DNA of 63,487 nucleotides, filler included, from Craspedostauros australis (Eukaryota): NCBI GenBank assembly GCA_030167865.1. It is 10 parts of 10 records of this genome, joined end to end, with 100 filler letters (N's around TTAATTAATTAA, not from the genome) between each part and the next. Parts side by side here need not be neighbours in the genome. Positions count along the whole stretch, not along the records: positions 6,946 to 29,450 come from JALAGF010005042.1; 9 more parts are not named here. One strand, 5' to 3'. Numbering within the stretch: position 1 is the first letter of the stretch; every line of letters begins with the position of its first letter. Below are positions 11,048-25,425 of this stretch, one piece after another. Both the position numbers and the translations under genes were made by a program. Below the pieces are notes generated by a model. The model was not told the DNA's origin and did not search any database. It saw only the letters and a list, made by a program, of their open reading frames with translations.

Positions 11048-12502
11048 CTTTCAAGCTGCTCCGTTGGATGTTGGGCTGTGGCAGTGTCTCTCCGGATGCC
11101 TTTCTTGCTGGCAATCGTTCAATCTCGAATCTGTGCAAAGGTGGTGATCTGCTCTTCCTTCCTGTGCTTGCCTTCCTGCAGAACAATACCCAACTCGATG
11201 CGAGAGTCTCTCTTTCGCTTCGACCGCTCCAATTGCTTCAATTGCTTCCTCCCTTTCTCCTTTGCGGGATGGTGCCTCTCTTTCTCTTTCTCTCCTGTCT
11301 CTCTGTCTCGCCTGTTGCGTGGGTGTCGCTGTCAATTTAGGACGTTGCGTCGATGCAATAGAATTCGATACGATCGAGAGATGAGGTGGATGGATGCCTC
11401 ACTTCGCTTCACTTCTCTTCTCTTCGCGCCACTGCCTTGCTCGACTTGCACGCCGCTATTGCTGTTGCTGCTGCTTCTGCCGCCAACAAACCACAACTTC
11501 CAATTCGAATCAGTTGTCCCGCACAAATGACCACATAAATTTAATGACATCAAAGGACGCTCAGGCCGATACACACACACACACACAACACTCAACACAA
11601 CACACAACAGCACGAACACAAACACAGCAACAACACCCATACTCATGCAACTTGTGCATCCAATCGTGTGGCGCGAAAACTTGGAATACGCCGGCCGCAT
11701 CGTGTCGCACGATCTGAAATTTTTGTATTTAGGCAAACAAGGTTGGGCTGGCTTGCCATTTTTCATCAACGACGACCGACGTAAAAATTGACATGCGTGC
11801 CATTTTTGGTTGGAGAAGTTGTTCTTGTTTCTTCACTTCTTGCCGTGTGATGATGGTGTGTATCATTCCGTTCGTCTCGTTAGAATTGGAGGAAGAGTTG
11901 TCGACCATGGCACGATTTGTTCCATCCCTCGACTCGTCCAACGTTCGCATCCCACATGGACGGATCTTTCGCGACGAGGGGCATTGGAGTTGCGGGCAAC
12001 CTTCATGCGGGATTGTTCACATCTTCTGTCGTGTGTGATGTGATCAATCTTTGCGCTAGACGATCCATTGACGTTGCTGACAACACTACAATGGCATCAT
12101 CTTCGTTGCGGCCGTCAATAGCGTTCCACATTATGGCCATCATCGGCATCGAGGTCGTCGTCATTTTTTGGTGGAGGACTTCACTGCAGCATCTTGTTGT
12201 TACGGTCGTCGTCATCATTGTCGTCACTCGTCGTCACCGTTGTCGTTGTTGTTGGCATAGCGACCGGTTCTACACTTGGAACTACTCTAGCTCGTTCCTT
12301 CTCGTACTCCTACATTCCTGGTCTACTGCTGTACACTACATCCTTATCACTAACTGTTGCTATACCCATCCATCCATCCATCCAATCAATCAATCGATCG
12401 ATCGATCGTTGCATCAATCCAAACACACGCCTCTGTCAAACACCATGATATTCCCTCTCACACTGCGTCGTATGGTATGTATGATAGATACGATACCGCC
12501 GC

Positions 12503-13683
12503 TCATTCTGCAGTCGCCCCTATCCCGCCTCCCATGGCAAAGGACATGTTCGAGTCTTCCTGCATGGGCGCGACGTTGTCATTCGTCTGTGTGGGCATCG
12601 CCGCCGTTGCCGCTGCTTCATCCTGCTCTCCCCACGAGATTGGGAATTTCGTCACGCGTGGTTTGTCCGCCAGTATCTGCCGCTGGATGTGCTCTATCGG
12701 TATGGGGTTGGGCAGCGACGGCGTTGCTGCAGCTGGGACGGCCTCGCCATTGTCTCCCATCGTGGGCGGCGGTGGCAGGGCATTCGGGTCGTTGTATTCA
12801 TTGTTGACGTAATATCCCACTCGGACGAATTCTCTCTCCTTGTACGAACAAGTGACGAGCACAACCGTGACGCCCAACAGATCATCCGTCGCCAATCTCG
12901 ATGGATCGGGTGCATCTGCCTGCAGCACGAATTTGTTGGTCCCCACCGGCACTGGACCGACCAGCACCTCATCCAAAACCTGGTCGTGGCTGGAATCCTT
13001 TGCCGAACCGACGTACAGCACCTTCCATTCCAAGTCTGTTCCATTGTTGCGCATTCCATCGCGTTTGCATTGTGTGTCATGGTCGATTGCCATTGCCATT
13101 TCCATTACCATTGTTTCATAGTAAATTTCATATCCATTCGTAACGGATCATTTGATCGCCAAAATGAGTTTCGAAATCATTCCATCATTTGTCCATTCAA
13201 TGACGTTGTGCATGACGTGTGTTGAACCATCGTCCGTTCATGCCAATCCAAAGGGCATGAAAGAGAGAAAGAGAGAGAGAGAGAGAAGCACGTGTGTGTG
13301 TGAGACGATTGAAAGCCACGAAATCGAATGCAATCTTGTGTTCTGCTGCCCAAGTCATCGTGACGTACCATCTTCCAGCTCTTGCAAGCATTCAAATGTG
13401 ATTTCGAATTGGAACGGATTGCTGAAGCATGTTGGATTGTCCAACACGACCTGCAGGGGAGGAAAAGAGGAGACAAAATACAAGATGAGGCAACGGAGAT
13501 TGTGTGAGTTGCTGCTGCTGTTGAAGACGGTGTGACTGTGGACACAGTGGACCGTTGTTGGTTGACAACATGCGTGCTTTTCATCCTCTGTGATCAAGCG
13601 CAAGCGATAGTGCGAGTGCAAGTGCAGGTCTATGCGTGCATGCATCCAGTTCGTACCATATCGACAACGTTGACGAGCGCCAT
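12503..13683 (-). CDS. ASF1: Histone H3/H4 chaperone ASF1; exons 13683-13657, 13450-13369, 13035-12503
   Basis: Spliced product [48 protein letters not shown]...[15 protein letters not shown]...[13 protein letters not shown]...[10 protein letters not shown]; two phase-consistent GT-AG introns. Confidence 0.96.
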
Positions 13684-14850
13684 GGTGTATGTGGATGTGT
13701 ATGAGTATGAAAGTGCTTGTGCTTGTGATGATCACGCTTGATTGATTGATGGATGGATTGCTGGATTGATGAGTTGCTGAATTGCTGAATTGATGAGTTG
13801 TTCCTGTTCTGTTGTTGGTGGTGGTCTCTTTGTTGGTGCGATTTTTTGGCGATTCTGGAAAGTTCCTTTTTTGTCCCACGCGTGATTGCGCCAAAATAGT
13901 ACGATGACGAGTCCTCAGAACAATGTACGATCTGCTGCTCTCTGTTGTGCGTGTTTTTGTTGGTGGCTTTGTGTCTCTCTCTTCAAACAAACAAAAACAA
14001 GGAACTTCTCTCAGATCAGCTTTTGGAATTTATGTGCACGTGTGTGATGGATGGATCTTCGTCGATGTGCTGCCTGCCTTGCTTGCTTGCGTTCGTGTCC
14101 GTGTCCGTGTTGTTGCGGCAGAACTGCGTACGAATATAATGCGATGTAATGCAGCAGCCCTCTCTGCTGCGGTTGTCGATGGATGAGCGTCTCAATGCGG
14201 AACCACGAAAAGGCAATGTGTCAAGGTCCACGTTTCAGATTGTTGCTGTCGCTGTTGATCTCCTTCGCTTGCTTTCGACTTCGTTCTCTTCCTTGTTGCG
14301 TTTGTGTTGATGTATGGATGATGAATCCAACAACTCTTGTTTGATCTCTTTGTGTTTTTGTGGTCGAGGGTGACAACGGTTCCAAATGCTCATCGCTCTT
14401 CGGTTTCTGCGAGTCGCACGCTTTCTTGCTGCTGTTTTCTTTCGCCAGATCGTGCGCCACGTACAATGCAGAGTAGTCGTTTCTTTTTTCGCGCCAAGAA
14501 GAGTTTGGCGATCGGCCAGAAGTACATGCGCCTAATCGGGAATAAACGCAACGGGTCTCGAACCATTTAATGATTCATTCGACCATTTCGTTTCATTCTT
14601 GTCTGTCTGTCATCAGGTTCCTGGAATCGTGGGGTTCTTACTCGATTACTTGCGTCTTGCGTTGTTTTCGTTGTCGTTTTCAGCGGAACGTGGACTTGCG
14701 TTGTCGTTTGTTGTCGACGATGGTGAACGGCTTCCGCTCAGCGCCGCTTGCCGCATCCTCAACTGCAACAGCAACACATCCAAACGAACGCATCCACACG
14801 TTCAATACACCACGCCCCCTTTCCTTTTTTGAACAGCAAGAATCGCCAAC

Positions 14851-15593
<743 letters not shown>

Positions 15594-15934
15594 ACGGCCG
15601 GGCGGATGCAACCCGTTCTACTCGACACGAGCGTGATCGAGTGGAGTTAAATTGGAGTAATTACTCTTCCTCTCATCAATTCTGCTGTCTCTACGAACAA
15701 TGTATGTTACTGTGAAATGGCGGTGGCGCACCATACCTACTCGTACACACCAGCAACAGCTTCATATGCCACAAATGCTTGCACATTGACGAACATTACT
15801 AGTGGAACATCCATTCTGTTACATATATTGTGAGCGCGTTGAGCGGAACTGCGGGACTGTCCAGCTTTTCCATCGCATCGGTTATCGGCTTTGTACAGCA
15901 GCGCTCCTGCTTGTTCCAACCACACGCCTCGTCT

Positions 15935-18316
15935 CTATGGACCGGACATGTTCGATGTCTTGCTGCGTCTTGACATTGAGTCATCCTTGTCACCGTTGTT
16001 TTCATCCTCGTCGTAGTTGCATCCTTCCAGATCCTCCGCATTCAACATAGGCGCCGGCGCTTTCCTGCTGCTCGTGCTGCTATCCAATTTGTGCCCGTTC
16101 GCCAACGCTTTGCGAGACAGGGCCGAGGAAAACACGAAGGTGCTGCGCCGCCGCGTGTGCTCCAATCCGCTGGCATCTCCGTCACGAATTCGGATGCATT
16201 CGGTGCGCAGGATGGACGTGATTTGTCCAAATGTGAGCCGTTCCTTCCAATTCGCACTCCAACCACGTTGGATCATCACCTTGAGAGACAGCGGCCACGT
16301 ATCATCCATGAAGGGGCGTTTGTGAGGTTCATTCCACACCGTCGCGGCGAATTTGCGAGTAGTGTACACCTCGAACGGCGTCTGCATCGACATCATCTGC
16401 CACACGAGGATGGAGAACGAGTACACGTCGCAGGACTTGTTGTACGGTTCCTCGCGAGCGACCTCTGTCGCGTGGTGCGCGCGTACATTATCAGGGGATT
16501 CGACGTAATGCAAGACCGGAGCGAAGGGCAAGATAGCAAGTGGCGGTGGGAACGATGCCATGTGAGTATGCAGCAGCATGCGCATTGAGAATGGATACTG
16601 TTGTCGGCCGTATTGCCGTTGTCGTGCGGCGCTTTTCAGCGCAATGGTTTGGTTTGCTTTGGTCTGCTTTGGTCTGGTCTGCTTTGATCTGGACTTACCT
16701 GGTGCCATGTATCGAGGCGATCCTGTCATTCCTGTGAGATTGTACAGATTGTCTTTCACCCTATCAGTATCCGACAGCTCCTTGGCCAACCTGGAGTGGG
16801 TACAGTTGCAGGTGAATGGGAATGCAATGGAATAGAACGGATGCAAGCAGGGTGCGCTGTCGTGAGATGATGATTCCTTCAATCTCTGCAATCTCACATC
16901 CAACCTTCTATCGGGACAGTATCGCCAAGCTCGCAAACAACCATGCTCTCCGTTTCCTTTTAATGCACTTACCCGAAATCAAACAGCTTGACATCGTTGC
17001 GCTGTTGGATTGGTGCGTTCATTACAGAGTGGAATTTGAATATTGCAGAAGAGATGAGATACGAGTGAGGTGGAGAGAGGGAAGAGCGGCGGCGGGGTGC
17101 GAAGCAAGGGGGTTAGTGCGGTCTCATCGCATGCCGTGATCGTCGCAGTCCGGAACACAGATTCAACCTGCAAGTCACCGCAACAGTAGCTCCGCGCAAA
17201 CATCCCAGCCGTCTCCGAAATCCACATTACTTACGATATCAAATCCAATATTCTGTTGTACGTAGTGTCATCATAGTCGTTGTTGCCGTTGTTGGCATCG
17301 AGAGAGTTGCGAGTGTAGACCACAGCCGACGTCGCCCAAGTACGCATCGCCCAAGTACGCATCGCCCAAGTACGCATCGCCCAACGATTCATTTCGCGGA
17401 CGTGATGAAAGGGACAAAACCGGTGAGATTGGGGACCACGCGTGAGCAAATGTTGAGGGACAGACCATCCATGTTGTACTTCTGCCACAGCAAAGCTCTC
17501 AACGCATGCACACTCGTGCTCCTATGCAGGCCCGCAAGATGAGATGAAGGCCACTGTAGTAGCGGCATCGTTGCGTTCCCGCCAAAATCGCATTGCACGC
17601 ACCTCCGGTTTTAAATCGCGGTACAGAATACCGAGGCCATGAAGATAATCCAGTGCAGCCGCCAAGTCGAATGCTGTCACCACCTTCTCTTCGAAGATCG
17701 CCTTGGCTTTGGCGCCGCTGCCATCCAACAGCTTGCCCCAGCATCCTTGATACCGGTCGCTTTCTGTCTTCCACTTATTGATACGCTTCTCCAGAGTGTC
17801 GTACAGTCGATCCATCACAATGATGTACCGTTCGTGGTAGGGCGAGACCTTGCCCATGGCTCTCATCTTGATGATGTTGGGATGGTTGATGAAGGACAGT
17901 ATCCTCGTTTCGATGGCCATATCCATGATGCCCTGGATGTAAATGGAAGGATCGTCGATGATTTCCTGGCTCAGAAACTTGACGGCGTACCGACAATCGG
18001 AATTGTTGCGCAGACAATGATCCGAGATGAACATGCGGTCCTCCATCTCGCCCTCTTCGACTTCCGGATCCGCGCGGCTTTTGCTCTTCGACTGCTTGCG
18101 GCCCAGGCTCTGGCTGGCGTCGAAGTGCCGCACCTCGTAGACGGAACCGAAACCGCCCTTGCCGAGCAGCTTGCCGAAGGTCAGCTCATCGCGATCGAAT
18201 CTGGGGAACCTGTTGGACTTGTCCTCGATGGCGGACTTGTCGAAGGTCTCCGCGATCTCCTTCTGCGCGTAGACGGCTCCAGCGTCACGCAGCGCCTGGT
18301 TGTTGGGCGTTGCCAT
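15935..18316 (-). CDS. Protein kinase (TKL-like diatom family); exons 18316-17603, 17252-17235, 17001-16973, 16790-16699, 16464-15935
   Basis: LGKGGFG, YAVK, YRDLKPE|NIGFDI|RNDVKLFDFG|LAKE...GSPRYMAP|EV, CDVYSF; four GT-AG introns give a continuous frame. Confidence 0.92.
17333..17383. repeat. 15-bp tandem repeat (CGCCCAAGTACGCAT) about x3.4 in kinase intron 1
   Basis: Directly visible. Confidence 0.9.
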
Positions 18317-19704
18317 TGTTGCGATGTGGTGTGCTTGTAATTTGTATGTCTGATTTGAATTTGGTGGGGCTGGGAACTGGCAATTGATGTTGCTGTCACC
18401 GTCAATGGCATAGTCAGTGTCACGGAACGCGAATGCTGATGTTTGATTGTGGTCGTGAGATGATTTTATGGAAGGTCCGGAGGTCCATCCGGTGGTGCAT
18501 GCGATGTTTGAGGAGAGAAGATGGTTGCTGAGGCGTGTCAGGTCGCGTCAGAGTACCGTATCGCACGCGTGTGGTTGGACTCCTCTTCACATGTCAGTGG
18601 AACACCGATAACAGCCAAAGCAATTCAATCAAGGCAAAACGACGAATCTGAGCAGGAAAATGTCATGGCGTCCCAGTCGCTCACCTTTCCAGTTTGCTTG
18701 TCGGTTGATTGGTCGGTTGATTGGTCGATTGATTGGTGAGGCTGCCGATGTTGCTGATGTTCTTGCTTCACCGTTTCTACCTTTCTCGACTTTCTCGACT
18801 TTCTCAAGCCGATCCTCCTTGTCGTGATGTTGTGACCGTCGTTGATTTTGTGCAGGCCGTTGCCACAGTACGAATACAATGCCCCAACGTGTGGGCGTTC
18901 TCGTCCTGGGGACCTTTGCCCAAGAGGTATGGATCGTGGTCTTCTCCTGGCAAGAGATGCAGTTTCGGTTTGTGACATCGTTTTGCGGATGTTGTTGTCG
19001 GTCCAGTGACTTGCGGCCAAGTTGTCTTGTCTTGTGTGGTTGTGGTGGCGTTTGTGGATAAAACGAACGAGAAGCCTGCATCGCCATTCGGAGTATCATT
19101 TTTCTCTTGAGTTTGTTTGTCCGTTCACTGGTACTAATTGAACAACAATGCCTTGCCCACGCTCTGCTCGCTTGTTGTGCTGTTGCAGAAACTGTGACAA
19201 ACTCTGTGACATGTCGACGACACGACACAACATATGGGTTGTTACAAAATACGTCGATGTAGTACCGCGTCCGTCTTCTTCATGAGCCCACATGTCATCT
19301 GCTGCCTCCGTCCATAAATGAAGACTGATACCAGTGGTGACATTCCGGAGATTGTTGGTGTCGCACTTGACACGTTTCCCCAGTTCCATTTTTGCGAATC
19401 CACCAAAAATCCCACAATCGAGAACCTCCGCCAAACCACAAACAGAACCCTTGCCAAGAGAGAATCCGAACCGGAGACGATCCCGGAAGAAACAGCGAGC
19501 AACAGAACATGGACGATCTTCGGAACACAGCAACAGGATCCTTTGCCCTTGTCCCCTGACTTCACGTCGTCGTATCTTCGGCCCAAAGGTGCATGAACCA
19601 ATCCGCACAATCCACTTCGATCCAATCGAGACTTGCCAAACGCCCTCCCCTCCCACCGATCTTCCCACATCAGCGCAGGTGCCTTTCCCTCAACGTGAGA
19701 GACC

Positions 19705-20409
19705 ATGACCTCCGATCAGCCACAAGCTTCTGCCGACGCCACTCCGTCCATCCATGCCTCGCAACGCACGACGGGAGCCTTGGCTGCTCGTCACGCTGCC
19801 GCGCTGCTCGCCAAGGATGCCGCGGAACTCGAAAAGGTTTACGATGGCTGGGCCGAAGAGTATGATGCGGATCTCGATGGCATCGCCGGCGATGGCCAAT
19901 GGGGATGCACCGCATCCAAGATCGTCGTCAAGCTCTGCTCTCCCAAGGACATGCCGAAGCTTCTGGACTTCGGCTGCGGGACTGGGATCGCGGGACCGCA
20001 TCTCAAAGAGCATGGCTGGATCGACACCCTGCACGGATGCGATCTGAGCCAGGGCATGCTGGACGTCTCCGCCAAGCGCAGGTGTTACGCGCAGCTCATC
20101 AAGAGCACAGAGAACGAGAGCGGGGTCAAGGCTGGATCCTACGATATCGTCCATTCGGCCGGCATGTTCGCGCCCGGCCAGGCACCGCCGTCGGCACTGG
20201 ATAGCATGGCCAAGGCCCTGCGCGTCGGCGGTCTGGCGATCTTCACCATCCGATGCGTTTACTACGACGGTCCGGAAGGTGCCGCGCACAAGGGGCGTTT
20301 GGAGGCAATGTGCAAGGAAGGGCTGTGGAGCGTGGTGCAGCAAACAGAGGAGGAATACTTGCCGAAGGACCAGGTCACGGCGTACGTGTTCGTCATGAAG
20401 AAGCTCTGA
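19705..20409 (+). CDS. Class I SAM-dependent methyltransferase (METTL27/WBSCR27-like)
   Basis: YDGWAEEYDADL N-terminal motif, motif I LLDFGCGTG, GCDLSQGML, YDIVHSAG, LRVGG. Confidence 0.9.
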   Translation: MTSDQPQASADATPSIHASQRTTGALAARHAAALLAKDAAELEKVYDGWAEEYDADLDGIAGDGQWGCTASKIVVKLCSPKDMPKLLDFGCGTGIAGPHLKEHGWIDTLHGCDLSQGMLDVSAKRRCYAQLIKSTENESGVKAGSYDIVHSAGMFAPGQAPPSALDSMAKALRVGGLAIFTIRCVYYDGPEGAAHKGRLEAMCKEGLWSVVQQTEEEYLPKDQVTAYVFVMKKL

Positions 20410-23400
20410 TGAGGTCATGTTGTTCAAGATGTCCGCCTTCCTCGCGCGCGTCTCCGCTGCAACAGCGATTCTCACCTCGACAATCAAGGCTAGCATGGAG
20501 CACTCTCTCGCACTTTGTTTTCACGATCTTTCTCCAGAGAGTCTGGACAAAACTGCGGATGATGCCTCATTTCTTACCCCGCTTAGTCCGTCGTATCCTT
20601 ATTATTTGATGCGAATCTGCGGCATCTGGCGAGATGGATAGCCAGCATGCTCTCGCTGTTCGACGCTGCCAGAGCGACTTCACTTCGAAGTTGTATCAAT
20701 AATACTCATTGTTCCCAGAATATATTAGTTGCAATGAGAATAATAACACTGTAGGGAGTGGACAGTGTCGCATGGTACGATACGCTGCTCCTGCAGCCGA
20801 TCAATCGTTTGGTACAACTACACGCGGTGCTTCGCAGGACTATTAGGCTGGACAACGCCTTGTTTTGTGATCAGGTTGGTCGAACGAATCCAACGTGGAA
20901 AGGAGTCTCACTGTTGATGACCAGACAAAAGATGTCAAGCAGAATGATCTGGGCAAAAACTGACATGTGCGTCACCAGGAGGTGCGAGGCAAGAGTGCTC
21001 CAGCTGATCATAGTACCGTCGCAGAGAGTACATACGCGCACTCTATGAAGACTTCGCTCACATGATGCGACAATGCGAGTGCGAGCTTCAGGCATGCCAC
21101 CCGCGTGTACCTACGCATGATACGTGCACGGCACCGGATACATCACATCAAGTTGTTGAGTTGCGTTTGCCCTAGAGGGTGGAGTATCGAAATATTGATG
21201 GTCAGCCACAGAAGAAGGGGGAGATGCACCGTCTTTCCCTCCCTCGGTATGTTCATGTCAGCAACGCACTTGACAGCAGCTGCGCCATACACTTCGGTGG
21301 TCCGCGCTTGCCAAGATGTTCCATACGCTCCTGTTTTGAATGTGTGGATCTTTGTATCCATTTCGATCATTCGGATGCGCTTGATGATGACATCTCGGCC
21401 GAGCTATCATTGCTTGGACGCTCCGTGTTGCGTTCCATTGCCTGTAGAGTGCTTGCTGAAGCACCCCCAGTCCCGCTGGTTGCAGGTCACTGTTGGCACT
21501 CGAGGATGCACGTGGTGAATTCGTTCCCTCCAAGGCATTTGTATGCTGAATCTCACATTGTGCCGTCTTTGCGGAGATGCCGGTGCTCGTAGTATAGATC
21601 TATGGGCACCTCTCTCTCTCTCTTCATTCGTAATCCTCTATCAAGGAGCCATTCGCCTCTGCGAATCTCGTTGGTCCGGCATTATGCTGCTCTGCCATAG
21701 CTCGCACGTGTAATGTGGTGTGCAGCGAATGGTGCGAGGAATCTGACCTGAGCAGTATTCTCTGGGACTTGGCCATCGTCAGGTCTCGTGCATGGTCGAC
21801 CGACCACTCCAACATGGTGACAGAGGAGCTTCTCGCCAGCTTTCTGCCAACTTGATACTCTCCGTCTCCTCCTTGCTTGCGTATAGATGCCCTGAGATAT
21901 GATTGCCGCCTTGAGCCGCAGTCTTGGTCTCATCGATACCCAAAACACTATTATACATCATGGCTGAAACATGGCTGAAACATGGGAATCTTGCCAGTCT
22001 TGCTGCTGATCCTGCCGCCACTTCTTGCTCATGCAAGCCACATTGCAACTCTCAAACCGCCCATTGCATACGGGCAGACATGCTTTCGATGACGTGGTGG
22101 AGTCCTCACGAGAGCTGCGCCCTGCCGATTTCGCAGCTACCTTCCCTCCCACACTACCTGTCGTTGGCACGACCGCATGTGGCGGTGACTGTGGCTGCCA
22201 ACAAGCACAATGAACCAAGCGCTCGTATGAATCGTGCATGGAACGGATACAGTACTATTATACGAGTATGAACCCACTAGCCCCAGCACTTGGGAGGAGT
22301 CGTATCATAGCTACGCTGATATCCGACGATCGAGGCGTAGCGTATGGTACTCTACGCTGTGTGGGCCGTGTATACGCATCTACAGTTCCGAGTCCAAGTC
22401 CACTCGCGCAACATTACTTCCCCATGCACTCGTGGAGAGGAGACATCTGTTCACGTTGGGCAGAGAAAGACAGACAGAGGGAAGAAAGCAGACTGTCGAC
22501 CGAGTGCGTCATCGCTCATGGCGTAGCTCGTACGGACCCTTCATGCCTGCGCCCAACCGCAGCGAAGCGAATCGGAATACTCCCAAGAACATACCGCATC
22601 GTCAATGCACGCACCATCCAAAGATTCCTGAACGATGCGGATACTCAGCATGGTATTTTGTTCGCAGAGAGTGTACTCATACTGAGGTACTTGCCAACGC
22701 CGCACGAGATATTCCATGCAGGCGTCAGCCCACAGCATGCGCATTCGTTGCCAAAGCAAGACGGTGTGCAGTTCCGTGGAGGCAGGCGTAGTGTGCACTC
22801 ATTCTCCATCCTCTTTATTCGCGCGTGTGTGCCATGTCCAGCTGCAAGTGCTGTCGCTAGCAGCATGTCCAAATACGAGTACCTGCCCCAAACCAGGTCC
22901 AGAGACCAGCCGCTCTGTGTTGATTGGTCATCGGTTGCGACGAAACAAGACCGCACAGTCCCAAACCACACCCAAACTTCAACTCCGCTCGGTTTGACGA
23001 ACACTTTCGGCGCGGAACGCTGACCTCGCCGATCCTGGAGCGCTGTATTTTGTGCTACCTCCAACGTGCATGCGGCTTGCGATGCTGGGTGTGTCTGTCA
23101 CATTTCGTACACTTCGTACAGCACTGCGAGTATGTCATACGGCTAATCCTGCGCAGGCTTCGCTGGCGTCAAAGCAGAAAATGCGGAATATCAATCAGCG
23201 AATAGTGCTCTGTTGGGCCCCTTGTGATGGATGAGTGAAGAGTACGAGTGCTCCCATGCCAGATTCGCGTCGTAGGTGGCGAGGCAGCCACCAAAGAACA
23301 TTCCGACGACCATTTCGCGTCGTTCTTCGATTCGGGAGCCGGAGGCGTGCACTGGCAAACGAACGCTGTGCCCCATCATTGAACAGAGCAACAAATAATG

Positions 23401-25224
23401 GTGCTATGAACAACACAGGGCGATACTTTCCTTCGTTTCGATTCGTTGCAGGAGGCGATGGGGTGGTGGCTGTTCCTGATACAGACGATGCCATGCTCGG
23501 AACGTATGTTGGGTCCAGCGCACATGCTATACTCATCTACTGCGAATATGCTGACAGGAGTATTCGTTGGGTACGTGACATGCCCTGGGTGTGATCCGGG
23601 CAGTGCGGTGATCGCTTCTGCCCTCCTCTCTTGTGGTGCACTTGTGCGGCAACCGCCCAAAGAAGTATCGAGGCAGACATCAACCGACAGAACAGCCTGC
23701 GCCATCCTTGAGGTGGGCAGGACGAAACTCAATGTCTCGGACATCAAAGCCAAGCATTCCCAGTGAACGGTGCTTGGGTGGCACTTAACGCCGACTTGGA
23801 TGCACCGATCGGATTGAGCAATGAAGTTGAGTGTTAGTGGTAAAGATGGCGTGCAGTCTTCCGTCAGCAGACGAACGACAGCGTCTATAATGTCTCTGTT
23901 TCTACCTCTTTCGGCAGAGCGTGACGACAACACACGCCATTCGCCGAAAAAAGATGGGCGAAGGACATAATCTCCATTGTGTACATGCATCAAAAGAGTT
24001 CGCAATGGTGGGTCTTCCCTGTGATGTTGGAGAGGCCAGAGAAATATCCGTTGCCGAGTTGTGTCAGCCTTGTGGTTCGACAAGAAGGTGGATTGTTCGC
24101 TAGATCAAGTGTATCCTGAAAGAAGATGCGTCTTGCCAACCACGACACGGATATACACGAATGGAACGACGCAATATGAAGAACAAATTCTGGATTTCCG
24201 ACTGCATCGAGTGAACCAAAAAAGCTTGCTGTTGGGACACTCTTAGTCACGTCGGACGATGGAGCTCATGCAAGGATCTTGTAGCTGCTGCAGAAGGAAT
24301 CTATCTCGACATCAAGGAACGCCGATCCCCACAACTTCAACCACTGCATGCTTATTGCGGGGAGTTTGTTGACACCGCTCGGACACGATTTCTGAGACAT
24401 TGCATGCATGGTTGCCTTGGCCCTTCGATGTCTTTGTCCTTCTCGGAATGCGTTGACCCACCACGAAAGGAGCGGTGTGGTCCCTCGGAAACCTTTCGGG
24501 TGACGAAATGTACTCTGCATGAGAACAGTGCCAGAGAGACGGCCGCAGCACGAGTACGTGTAGGAACAGTACCAGTACAAGCACCACACGCAGGGAGAGT
24601 GGCAGAGGAAGGAGGAAAGAAGGAAGGAGAGGCGGGCGAGGCGCAGCCAGCTGTCGTTCACGACTACTCCACTAGCACGGTACATCGCGGGTAATCACTG
24701 ACGGGTGCCCGATCCACAGAAATACATCGGTCACAGACGAAGCTGCGTGCGTGAAACGTTCGCCGATCAGCCTGGAAACGTGTATGAGCTATTCTGCCAA
24801 CGGGGGTTGCTTGGGTCAGGAGTCTGTTCAATCATGGCTGCTGCATGTATGCCACACGCCATAACATACCGTGCCATACTGCAGTACACCATATATTGTG
24901 CCGTACCCCACAAGACACAGCGCCACATGGTACCATCCCATTCGCGCCAAGGCGGTCAAATCACAAGGAATCATACCCTACGTACCCATACCGGACAGGA
25001 CAGGAAAACGTAGTAGCGACATAGCAACAGTACAACGCGGGAAGCAGCTGACACCAAACAGCATTCACGGTCATTCTCCCTCTCTCTCTTCCTTGTCGTC
25101 TTGGTGCTGCTCTTGCTCTGTCCCACAAAAAAACGAAAGCACCCACAACGAGCAGCAATCGAAACCTCAGCACTACGGTCGACATTCGATCAGCGCATGC
25201 ACCGGAGCAACAATTTCACCAACC

Positions 25225-25357
25225 CGATCAGCCATTCAGCCATTCAGCTATCCAGCTATCCAGCTATTCGGCAATTCAGCTATTCGGCAATTCAGCATTT
25301 GAACCATCCACTCATCTACCCATTGACTGTCATCCACAGCTATTCAGCTATTCAGCT
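25225..25357. repeat. Degenerate 8-9-bp repeats ((C/T)ATTCAGC-like) upstream of the DUF6824 gene
   Basis: CAGCCATTCAGCCATTCAGCTATCCAGCTATCCAGCTATTCGGCAATTCAGC... Confidence 0.6.
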
Positions 25358-25425
25358 TTCCGTCCATCATCAACTCGCCAACTCGCCCTCTATCCACCTC
25401 TCGATCAGCAACTGCCGTTCTCAAG

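Noticed and set aside
9780..11530. Long plus-strand ORFs opposite 9761-11047 (similar antisense ORFs over NACA, the kinase and the methyltransferase)
   Set aside because: Antisense shadows of GC3-rich coding sequence
20410..25400. Many 60-260 aa ORFs in the 5-kb interval (e.g. 22238-23023, 23376-24083)
   Set aside because: No recognisable motifs, C/R/S-rich shadow-ORF composition, non-ATG starts; treated as intergenic, though a divergent gene cannot be excluded
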